Shown here: positions 10,790 to 21,199 of the stretch, one piece after another
Numbering within the stretch: the first letter of the stretch is position 1
Layout of the letters: the number at the start of each line of letters is the position of its first letter
NCBI RefSeq assembly: GCF_032444005.1
Contig: NC_091288.1
Span: forward strand, 8,804,001 to 8,868,000
From: Ranitomeya imitator
Taxonomy: Eukaryota
Reading direction: 5' to 3'
Length of the DNA stretch: 64,000 nt
Made by a program: the position numbers and the translations under genes
The notes under the pieces: generated by a model
Told to the model about the DNA's origin: nothing
Seen by the model: the letters and a program-made list of their open reading frames with translations, nothing else
Databases searched by the model: none

Positions 10790-13310
10790 GAGATAGGCAG
10801 CAGGTAGGGGTCAGCATTGGGGATGATGATGAAGGGGAAGAAGGTAGGAGTCAGCAGTGGGGATGATGATGATGATGAAGGGGCAGCAGGTAGGGGTCAG
10901 CATTGGGGATGATGATGATGAAGGGGCAGCAGGTAGGGGTCAGCATTGGGGATGATGATGAAGGGGCAGCAGGTAGGGGTCAGCATTGGGGATGATGATG
11001 AAGGGGCAGCAGGTAGTGGTCAGCACTGGGGATGATGATGAAGGGGCAGCAGGTAGTGGTTAGCATTGGGGATGATGATGAAGGGGCAGCAGGTAGGGGT
11101 CAGCACTGGAGATGATGAAGGGGCAGCAGGTAGTGGTCAGCTTTGGGGATGATTATGGGGCAGCAGGTAGGGGTCAGCATTGGGGATGATGATTATGGGG
11201 CAGCAGGTAGGGGTCAGCATTGTGGATGATGATGAAGGGGCAGCAGGTTGGGGTCAGCATTGGGGATGATGAAGGGGCAGCAGGTAGGGGTCAGCACTGG
11301 GGATAATTATGATGGAACAGCAGGTAGGAGTCAGCATTGTGGATGATGATTAAGAGGCAGCAGGTAGGGGTCAGCATTGGGGATGATGAAGGGGCAGCAG
11401 GTAGGAGTCAGCACTGGGAATGATTATGACGGAACAGCAGGTAGGGGTCAGCATTGTGGATGATGATTAAGGGGCAGCAGGTAGGGGTCAGCACTGGGGA
11501 TGATGATTAAGGGGCAGCAGGTAGGGGTCAGCACTGGGGATGATTATGACGGAGCAGCAGGTAGGGGTCAGCATTGTGGATGATGAAGGGGCAGCAGTAG
11601 GGGTCAGCATTAAAGATGAAGGGGCAGCAGGTTGGGGTCAGCATTGGGGATGATGATTAAGGGGCGGCAGGTAGGGGTCAGCATTGTGGATGATGATGAG
11701 GGGGCAGCAGGTAGGGGTCAGCACTGCGGATGATGAAGGGGCAGCAGGTAGGGGTCAGCTTTGGGGATGATGATTAAGGGGCAGCAGGTAGGGGTCAGCA
11801 CTGGGGATGATGAAGGGGCAAGCAGGTAAGGGTCAGCATTAGGAATGATGAAGGGGCAGCAGGTAGGGGTCAGCATTAGGAATGATGATGAAGGGGCAGC
11901 AGGTAGGGGTCAGCATTAGGAATGATGAAGGGGCAGCAGGTAGGGGTCAGCATTGTGGATGATGATTAAGGGGCAGCAGAAAGGGGTCAGCAATGGGGAT
12001 GATTATGACAGAGCCGCAGGTAGGGGTCAGCTTTGGGGATGATGATTAAGGGGCAGCAGGTAGGGGTCAGCACTGGGGATGATGAAGGGGCAAGCAGGTA
12101 AGGGTCAGCATTAGGAATGATGAAGGGGCAGCAGGTAGGGGTCAGCATTAGGAATGATGATGAAGGGGCAGCAGGTAGGGGTCAGCATTAGGAATGATGA
12201 AGGGGCAGCAGGTAGGGGTCAGCATTGGGGACGATGATGAAGGGGCAGCAGGAATGGGTCAGCACTGGGGATAATGAAGGGGCAGCAGGTAGGGGTCAGC
12301 ATTGGGGATGATGATTATGGGGCAGCAGGTAGGGGTCAGCATTGTGGATGATGATTAAGGGGCAGCAGAAAGGGGTCAGCAATGGGGATGATTATGACAG
12401 AGCCGCAGGTAGGGGGTCAGCTTTGGGGATGATGATTAAGGGGCAGCAGGTAGGGGTCAGCACTGGGGATGATGAAGGGGCAAGCAGGTAAGGGTCAGCA
12501 TTAGGAATGATGAAGGGGCAGCAGGTAGGGGTCAGCATTAGGAATGATGATGAAGGGGCAGCAGGTAGGGGTCAGCATTAGGAATGATGAAGGGGCAGCA
12601 GGTAGGGGTCAGCATTGGGGACGATGATGAAGGGGCAGCAGGAATGGGTCAGCACTGGGGATAATGAAGGGGCAGCAGGTAGGGGTCAGCATTGGGGATG
12701 ATGATTATGGGGCAGCAGGTAGGGGTCAGCATTGTGGATGATGATTAAGGGGCAGCAGAAAGGGGTCAGCAATGGGGATGATTATGACAGAGCCGCAGGT
12801 AGGGGTCAGCTTTGGGGATGATGATTAAGGGGCAGCAGGTAGGGGTCAGCACTGGGGATGATGAAGGGGCAAGCAGGTAAGGGTCAGCATTAGGAATGAT
12901 GAAGGGGCAGCAGGTAGGGGTCAGCATTAGGAATGATGATGAAGGGGCAGCAGGTAGGGGTCAGCATTAGGAATGATGAAGGGGCAGCAGGTAGGGGTCA
13001 GCATTGGGGACGATGATGAAGGGGCAGCAGGAATGGGTCAGCACTGGGGATAATGAAGGGGCAGCAGGTAGGGGTCAGCATTGGGGATGATGATTATGGG
13101 GCAGCAGGTAGGGGTCAGCATTGTGGATGATGATGAAGGGGCAGCAGGTTGGGGTCAGCATTGGGGATGAAGGGGCAGCAGGTAGGGGTCAGCACTGGGG
13201 ATGATGAATGGGCAGCAGGTAAGGGTCAGCATTGGGGATGATGATGAAGGGGCAGCAGGTAAGGGACAGCATTGGGGATGATGATGAGGGGGCAGCAGGT
13301 AGGGGAAGGA
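10790..13310. repeat. G-rich minisatellite, 37-40 bp unit (gcaggtaggggtcagcattggggatgatgatgaaggggca), containing a 390-bp higher-order repeat
   Basis: Read directly. The diagnostic variant cagaaagggg recurs at ~11980, 12369 and 12759. Confidence 0.95.
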
Positions 13311-13670
13311 GATGACTCGTAGTTTAGGGAAATACTTCATTGTTCTTTAGCTCTTTGGTGTCAGCAGCAGATGGATGAGGCCAAATGTCTTGTAAATCTG
13401 TATAATGAACCAATAAACTTTTACCAGCTCCTCAGATAATAAATGTCCCCCCACCCGACAGGTGTCAGATACGGCACCCACCCATCAGCCACGTCCGATC
13501 TGCGGATCCGCACAGGTCTGATCCCGGAGCGGCCCTGGCGCCCACACAGGGATATTTTATTATTTGTTCTGGCGTTACAGGACTTTTATTCCTGGTTGGG
13601 TCCCACATTACAGCTGGAGACTCGAACAGTAAAGTTGATGACGGCCCCTTATTCACCAGATATAAAAGGC

Positions 13671-13677
13671 TTTAGTT
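13671..13677 (+). promoter_or_regulatory. TATA box of FReD-B (TATAAAA)
   Basis: Consensus TATA starting 49 nt upstream of the signal-peptide ATG. Confidence 0.65.
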
Positions 13678-13719
13678 GTACATGTCTGAGTGTTTGGGCC
13701 CGGACGTCCCAGTGCCAGG

Positions 13720-13894
13720 ATGCTGCCGGTAAAGCTGTGGACCTGCTGCTGCTTGATGCTGTCCGGTGTCTCCGTCTCCTGGACGGATGAGGCGAATGAT
13801 CCCAAACAAAAGGCAAATCGGCTGATTGCGAATATCAAAATGATCGATGATGTGGGCGCCATTATCAACTACAAAGAGCTACAACAGCGGAAAG
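13720..13894 (+). CDS. FReD-B signal-peptide exon (MLPVKLWTCCCLMLSGVSVS-WTDEA...LQQRK)
   Basis: Hydrophobic N-terminus. Donor AAAG|GTAAGA at 13895. Phase 1 matches the acceptor at 15034. Confidence 0.88.
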
Positions 13895-14169
13895 GTAAGA
13901 CCCCCAACATCTTCACAAGTCAGGACCCCCAACATCCTCATGAGTCAGACGGGGCAATAGTCCTCCATCAATCATAGGCAGACATACCGCTGGGCCGGAT
14001 CATCACCCCCAGGACTGTACCAGCCCCCATGTTAATGAATCAGCCTTTTTATGTCCTCACTGTTTTTAAGATCTCTGATTGCCGACAGTGAGAGGAACAT
14101 TCGTTGATTCTGTCCAAACCGAATACTACTCACAGCTGAGGGTTTGTTACCGGCGAGCTCTCTCCTTAA

Positions 14170-14530
14170 GGCTACTTTCACACTAGCGTCGGACTCGGCC
14201 TGTCGCAGTGCGTCGGGCCGAGGTTCCGATGCTAGCGGTGAATGCGCCGCACAACAGGGGCAGCGGATGCATTTTTCCTGCACATCCGCTGCCCCATTGT
14301 AAGGTGCGGGGAGGTGGGGGCGGAGTTCCGGCCGCGCATGCGCGGTCGGAAAAAGCGGTCCGTCGGCAGCAAAAAACGTTACATGTACGACGGTTGCGAC
14401 GTGTGTCAATGCGTCGCTAATGTTAATCTATGGGGCAAAAACGCATCCTGCAAACTACTTTGCAGGATGCGTTTTTTCCCATAAACGACGCATTGCGACG
14501 TATTGCAAAAAACGCTAGTGTGAAAGTAGC
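14170..14530. mobile_element. Harbinger-type MITE in FReD-B intron
   Basis: TIRs GGCTACTTTCACACTAGCGT / ACGCTAGTGTGAAAGTAGC. Left flank is TAA; the right terminal base and TSD are lost. Confidence 0.7.
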
Positions 14531-15034
14531 AGAGTTCAGGCAGCGGACACGGACGATTCGTTTTTATAAACTGACAGCTAGCAGAGATCTTACCCCCAAA
14601 GATTTACATAGAAAATCAGAACAGGCCCTATAACATTAGTAAATACTACACGTTGTTTCTCCAGAATTGTTGTGTTGGGTTTATAGACGTGAGAGCGACT
14701 TATGGCGACAATGATTAATATGATGGTACCCTAAGGAGGGTCCGATGCCCGCCCCATTACTGGCTTCTCCTACATAGGTGATAGCAATGGAGCAATTCCC
14801 ACCGTCCTCCAGTATAGAGCGCCCCCTATAGCTCATTGGGGCCCTCTGAGGTGCTTCTAAGCTCTTCTCCATGATGGACCCTCTAGAACCCTGACCTCCG
14901 GGTGTTGCAGACGTGGGGTGTAACTTCAGGCATCCTGAGGGGTCTTTGGACGCACGGTCACCCACCTGCACACAACGTCCATATAACTGAGCTGTGAACG
15001 TCCTGATGGTGTCATTAGCTTTGGTCTCTTTCAG

Positions 15035-15684
15035 TCTTTTTCACCAGGGACTGTGATGACCTCTACCTCCTGGGGCACAGGAAGAGCGGGGTCTACGTGA
15101 TCCAGCCGGTGGGCTCCCCTTACCTCGTGGTCCAGTGCTACATGTATGACTGCGGGGGCTGGACCGTCATCCAAAGGAACAGCCTGGGCACAACCATCAC
15201 CTGGAGCGAACCGTGGACGGGGTATGAGTACGGCTTCGGGAACATCGAGCTGGATCATTACCTCGGCAATCACTATATCAATCTGTTATCGGAGCAGAAG
15301 TGGAACAAAGTCCGATTCCTCCTGGTGGATTCTGAGAACAGGACTAAGACGGCGGACTACGACAGCTTCTACCTGACCAACGCTGCGGACAAGTACCGCC
15401 TGAGGCTGGGCTCGTACGAGGGAGACGCCGGGGACGCCATGTCATCGGGGACCCACAAAAACCTACACGACAACATGAGGTTCTCGACCCACGATGACGA
15501 CAATGACCGGCTCTACAATACAAACTGCGCCAATAAGCACGGTGGCGGCTGGTGGTACGACTCCTGCTACGATGCCCACCTCAACAATAAGGGGCTTCTG
15601 CACTGGAAAACGCTCTGCGACCATAACTGCAGGGGCTCGCTGATCCTCATCAAACCCGTCCACATGTATTGTCACCGGGTGTGA
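15035..15684 (+). CDS. FReD-B terminal coding exon: complete fibrinogen C-terminal domain
   Basis: Acceptor ttggtctctttcag at 15034. G+TC gives V-FFTRDC. Motifs present: RDC, GWTVIQR, YEYGFG, YLGN, AGDAM, MRFSTHDDDND, NCA..GGGWWYDSC..LN, ILIKP. Stop TGA at 15682-15684. Confidence 0.95.
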
Positions 15685-15769
15685 GACAGCGCCAGCTGAG
15701 CCCCAATCCGCTACATGCCCTCTGTGTATATAAAATCCGCACAGTCAGTAATAGTGTGATCATCCGATT

Positions 15770-15775
15770 AATAAA
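15770..15775 (+). promoter_or_regulatory. Polyadenylation signal AATAAA of FReD-B
   Basis: ~86 nt past the stop codon. Confidence 0.7.
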
Positions 15776-16984
15776 GAGCAGCACGTGAGCGGAGTCTGGA
15801 AGCATCACTTCGGCCGCCATGATCGGCCATGGCTGGAGATGTAAGGGGGGCACTCAGCCATCATGGGGGGGATGTATGAAAGGGGTCCTCCTCTGCGCCA
15901 AACTGCCATTATGCCATACTGCCATAGTCAGTTACCAGTCCGGCCACAGATCTTGTAATTGTGCCCCCATGGCCACAACTGACGGCCTCCTAACGTCACT
16001 GCCAGCACTGTCGGGGAGGAGGCCATGGATCGTAGCCACGGGGGCTCAATTATAGTCGGAGGCCGGACTGTTCTGGTAGAAGAGACAGGCGAGTGAGAGG
16101 AGTCACCGGCGTACGCTGACCAGATGGCGTTCTGCACCAGGGACCGATGCACCATCATTTGTGCCTTTTTTGAGCCATTTTCTCATTTCTTTCTTTGCCT
16201 AATTTTTCCATTTTGCATTTTTTTAAGCTTTCCACCACCACCGTGTGCATGGAGAACAACCAGAATTACAGATGTTCTCAACTAATTCATTTGTAACTTT
16301 CCAAAAAGTTGTTTTGGAGAAATGTAATTATTACACCCATTGTGCTTTTTGGTTATTTCTTTGTGCAGATTAACGTGCGAGATTTTAAAGCATCAGGCGA
16401 CTTTCAACTCAACTTCAAGGGCACAAAACACATAAAAGATACAAAAAAAAGCATTTAAAACCAAACCTGCAGTGACCTCATGTTCAGATCAACGCTGCAG
16501 CCAATCACCGGCCACAATAGTCCCTTTATATAAGTAAACACTACCACTGAAGCCAGGGATTGGCTGCAACCATCACATTATGAACATGACGCCATATTAA
16601 GAACTTCCATACTACCCGCCCTCCTGGCTGCGCCATTTAACATAAGTGTGGTGCATTTGGTTGCATTTCACTTTTCGGTAATAAGACCGTTAACTATGTA
16701 AAAAGGACCAGAGTTTAATTCAGTTTCCATTACCTGACAGCAAGCAGAGGTGTTGGAAATTGTATGTTTTCCTTATTAGCTTCTGACTTTTTTCACTTTT
16801 GTTTAAGCAGATGAGATGAAACCCCAGCGGTGTTACATAATATCTGTGCAACGTATCCATAATTTGCCGGATTCTCCGCTTGCTGTCAGGGTCACGCTTG
16901 GTGCAGGGAATGGACTTAGCCTCAATTTTAAACGTAATCCCCATCCTCCTGATAGAGCAGGATTGACATGCTACCGTCACATAT

Positions 16985-18850
16985 ATCCACACCGCACCGC
17001 CTACTGCGACCACACGTATCCACACCGCACGCTGCGAGCACACGTATCCACACCGCACCGCCTGCGGCGACCACACGTATCCACACCGCACAGCCTGCTG
17101 CGACCACACGTATCAACACCGCACAGCCTGCTGCGACCACACGTATCCGCACCACACAGCCTGCTGCGACCACACGTATCAACACCGCACAGCCTGCTGT
17201 GACCACACGTATCCGCACCACACAGCCTGCTGCGACCACACGTATCCACACCGCACAGCCTGCTGCGACCACACGTATCAACACCGCACAGCCTGCTGTG
17301 ACCACACGTATCCGCACCACAGCCTGCTGCAACCACATGCATCCACACCACACAGCCTGCTGCGAGCACATGCATCCACACCGCACAGCCTGCTGCGAGC
17401 ACACGTATCCATACCGCACAGCCTGCTGCGACCACATGCATCCACACCGCACAGCCTGCTGCGAGCACACGTATCCATACCGCACAGCCTGCTGCGACCA
17501 CATGCATCCACACCGCACAGCCTGCTGCGAGCACACGTATCCATACCGCACAGCCTGCTGCGACCACATGCATCCACACCGCACAGCCTGCTGCGAGCAC
17601 ACGTATCCATACCGCACAGCCTGCTGCGACCACACGTATCAACACCGCACAGCCTGCTGCGACCACATGTATCCGCACCACACAGCCTGCTGCGACCACA
17701 TGCATCCACACCACACAGGCTGCTGCGACCACATGCATCCACACCACACAGCCTGCTGCGACCACACGTATCCGCACCACACAGCCTGCTGCGACCACAT
17801 GCATCCACACCGCACAGCCTGCTGCGAGCACACGTATCCATACCGCACAGCCTGCTGCGACCACACGTATCAACACCGCACAGCCTGCTGCGACCACACG
17901 TATCCGCACCACAGCCTGCTGCGACCACATGCATCCACACCACACAGCCTGCTGCGACCACACGTATCCGCACCGCACAGCCTGCTGCAACCACATGCAT
18001 CCACACCGCACAGCCTGCTGCGAGCACACGTATCCGCACCGCACAGCCTGCTGCAACCACATGCATCCACACCGCACAGCCTGCTGCGACCACATGTATC
18101 CGCACCACACAGCCTGCTGCGACCACATGCATCCACACCACACAGCCTGCTGCGACCACATGCATCCACACCACACAGCCTGCTGCGACCACACGTATCC
18201 GCACCACAGCCTGCTGCGACCACATGCATCCACACCACACAGCCTGCTGCGACCACACGTATCCGCACCACACAGCCTGCTGCGACCACACGTATAGACA
18301 TCGCACAGCCTGCTGCGACCACATGCATCCACACCGCACAGCCTGCTGCGACCACATGCATCCACACCGCACAGCCTGCTGCGACCACACGTATCCACAC
18401 CCCACAGCCTGCTGCGACCACATGCATCCACACCGCACAGCCTGCTGCGACCACATGCATCCACACCGCACAGCCTGCTGCGAGCACACGCATCCACACC
18501 GCACAGCCTGCTGCGACCACATGCATCCACACCACACAGCCTGCTGCGACCACACGTATCCACACCCCACAGCCTGCTGCGACCACATGCATCCACACCG
18601 CACAGCCTGCTGCGACCACACGTATAGACATCGCACAGCCTGCTGCGACCACATGCATCCACACCGCACAGCCTGCTGCGACCACACGTATAGACATCGC
18701 ACAGCCTGCTGCGACCACATGCATCCACACCGCACAGCCTGCTGCGACCACACGTATAGACATCGCACAGCCTGCTGCGACCACACGTATCCACACCCCA
18801 CAGCCTGCTGCGAGACCACATATATCCCCACTGCACGTTGCGAGCACACG
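16985..18850. repeat. Minisatellite, 33-bp unit (cacagcctgctgcgaccacacgtatccacaccg), ~56 copies
   Basis: Read directly. The 11-aa periodic ORFs shift frame at 31-bp variants. Confidence 0.96.
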
Positions 18851-19702
18851 TATCCCTGATGTGTCTGCAATAATGAGGTCACACAGCCACCGAGGAATAG
18901 ACCAGAAACGTGGACGGATCGAGCAACATTCTTTATAAGTGGAGTAATCTGTTATGTAACATCCAATATTCAGTATGTCAGACTCCTCACTATCACATGA
19001 GCACCACTGGGGTGGGTGGTTGACTAGTATGGGAATAAGCCGCGCTGTATGAGTTTACGGACAGACTGCAGACCCATTATTGTCTATGGGGCTGTCCACA
19101 TTGTATCTGCCCAGATCCTCTATTGGAGAGCGGGTCAGAGCAGCAGCTGAGAATGCGACAGGAGGGAGATTTCATGAGGAAGGTTGATTTCAGACTACTG
19201 TAAACTACAATAGACAGTGGCGCTAAACTGAAGTCACTGAACACAGTTACGCCTTAAAGGGATCATCTGGTTTTGCTCACGTCCACATCAGGGGGTGTCG
19301 TCATGACTTCAGATATCTGCCGGTTTGCATGCAAGAGCAGCAGGTGTCTCAGACCCGAGCCAAACAAGGTATCAGAAGACGTGACGTTACCACCCGATGC
19401 ACAAGTGAGCAGAGCCACATTACCCCTTTAATAGAGCAGAGCTGCTTTGTTAAGCACGGGGAAGTAGCAGATTTATGACTACCTTAGCCTCCAGACGATG
19501 TGTCTAAGGCCGAGTTCACACATACAGAACTCTCCACTGAGATCTGTGTCAGGTTTATGCCATAGCACCCACAACACAGGAATTCAATGAATTACGATGA
19601 GGCTGTGGACGCTCTCGGGTCTCTGTCGTCTTTTTCCAACATGCACAAAAATGATGGATTTATGAGAACAATATATGAATGATGAATTGTAATAAGTAAC
19701 GG

Positions 19703-19708
19703 TTTATT
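19703..19708 (-). promoter_or_regulatory. Probable polyadenylation signal of TMEM177
   Basis: First tttatt on the + strand downstream of the TMEM177 stop (~500 nt). Confidence 0.5.
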
Positions 19709-19929
19709 GTGTCGGATCAGGTGATGCCACAACGCACCTCAGGTCACACAACACTGCACCCGCACCGTAGGAGCGCAGGTTAACCGTCTCCAGGAGGCCG
19801 AGTGCTCGGGAGCAAATAAGAGCATGATGGATCTCAGAGAAAGCGGAGCCATGGGTGCTACTCACAGACAACGAGAAGAGCAGGTTCAACCTCTAGATCC
19901 TGCCCAGGACGGACGGAAAACTCGTGGGC

Positions 19930-20132
19930 GGTCACACCGAGGACCACCCCGGGGGAGGTCACACCGAGGACCACCCCGGGGGAGGTCACACCGAGGACCA
20001 CCCCGGGGGAGGTCACACCGAGGACCACCCCGGGGGAGGTCACACCGAGGACCACCCCGGGGGAGGTCACACCGAGGACCACCCCGGGGGAGGTCACACC
20101 GAGGACCACCCCGGGGGAGGTCACACCGAGGA
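19930..20132. repeat. Minisatellite, 27-bp unit (ggtcacaccgaggaccaccccggggga), 7.5 copies, in TMEM177 3' UTR
   Basis: Read directly. It lies between the TMEM177 stop and the first AATAAA. Confidence 0.95.
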
Positions 20133-20204
20133 TATTGGGAATGGCACCAATGAGGTGTGTGAACATTTAGGGCCCCCTATAAGGGTGCACGTGATTGGGC
20201 CCGA

Positions 20205-21140
20205 TCACTCCGGACGATGCTTCTCCAGGGCGTGCAGGATCCGGTCTCTCCGGCACGTGTACGGGGCGTTCTTCAGTCTCAGTTTATGTTTGGGGAACAG
20301 GTTCCCACTGGGCGCGTACATGGCCTCCCCCTGTTTACCCATAATCCCCCGGAGCAGCCTATTACGTGCCAGTATCTTCTCATAGAACTCCAGCCCACCC
20401 TGGGCGTAGTCCGCAGACACCGCGGCCGCCTTCCTGTCTGACCTGTAGTCCAACCAGTGACTGACTGCATCGTAGCACAGACAGTAGGCCGTAAATCCCA
20501 GTAGAACGGCCAGAACATTGAAGACCCCCCGCAATATCAGGGGTCCGGAGTACAGACCGAGGAGCTGCTTGATGGCCACACTGGAGACACAGACGCTGGT
20601 CAGGCAGAGCGCCGCCACCGACGCCTGCAGGATGGGGCCACTGGTCTGGGCGTGAAGAGCTTCCCGGGCCACGGAGAATTTCTGGGCCTTTAAGGATAAG
20701 GTCAAGGAGTCTCGTAGCCGGATCCCGGGTTCACTCGCCCAGTCCACCTCCTGGCCGTTAACCACCAGCAGACGGTCCGTGGTGCCGGCTCCATCCGCCT
20801 CTGTACTGTTATAATTGGCGGGAATTCCAATCAAGCAGCCGCTGGGAAACCACGGGACCCCGGCACTGACGGGCTGGAAGCCGTACGCCGCAAATGGGGT
20901 GAAACCTGAGGGGGGCAGGTGGGCGTCATCCAGGACCCCACGGAGCAGGGTCTGCAGGCGCTCGCTGAGCGGAGCCGGCTCGCCTCTCGTCCATGCCTGG
21001 TACAACGTCCTGAACGTCTGCTCCGGGAACACGTGGTACGACAGGTTCACAGCAAGCAGAGCTAGAGACGACGTCCCGAGAAGCCTCCCCCGGTGCTGCC
21101 GACTGAAGACGCAGAGCTTCCAGAACAGCGCGGACGCCAT
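20205..21140 (-). CDS. TMEM177: Transmembrane protein 177 (mitochondrial COX2 assembly factor), single coding exon, 311 aa
   Basis: Recognisable motifs SYHVFP, FQPVSAG, IGIPA, VDWASEPG, LTLS..AQKF..ARE, GGLEFYEKIL..N..LR, YAPSGN, PYT.RRD match human TMEM177 as recalled. ATG at 21140 has G at +4. Acceptor tcttgtcag|G with the exon starting at 21151. Confidence 0.95.
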   Translation of the reverse strand: MASALFWKLCVFSRQHRGRLLGTSSLALLAVNLSYHVFPEQTFRTLYQAWTRGEPAPLSERLQTLLRGVLDDAHLPPSGFTPFAAYGFQPVSAGVPWFPSGCLIGIPANYNSTEADGAGTTDRLLVVNGQEVDWASEPGIRLRDSLTLSLKAQKFSVAREALHAQTSGPILQASVAALCLTSVCVSSVAIKQLLGLYSGPLILRGVFNVLAVLLGFTAYCLCYDAVSHWLDYRSDRKAAAVSADYAQGGLEFYEKILARNRLLRGIMGKQGEAMYAPSGNLFPKHKLRLKNAPYTCRRDRILHALEKHRPE

Positions 21141-21199
21141 GCTCCGACAACCTGACAAGAGAACAGACAAGAGTCAGAAATCAGAGGATGTGACAGGAG

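Noticed and set aside
16928-18938. Cys/His-rich and mucin-like ORFs up to 656 aa (metallothionein- or keratin-associated-like appearance)
   Set aside because: Open in many frames on both strands because of the 33-bp unit; no signal peptide, splice sites or polyA support.
21141-21170. N-terminal extension MSVLLSGCRS of TMEM177 in the ORF track
   Set aside because: Uses a non-ATG start upstream of the splice acceptor (exon starts at 21151); the real ATG is at 21140.
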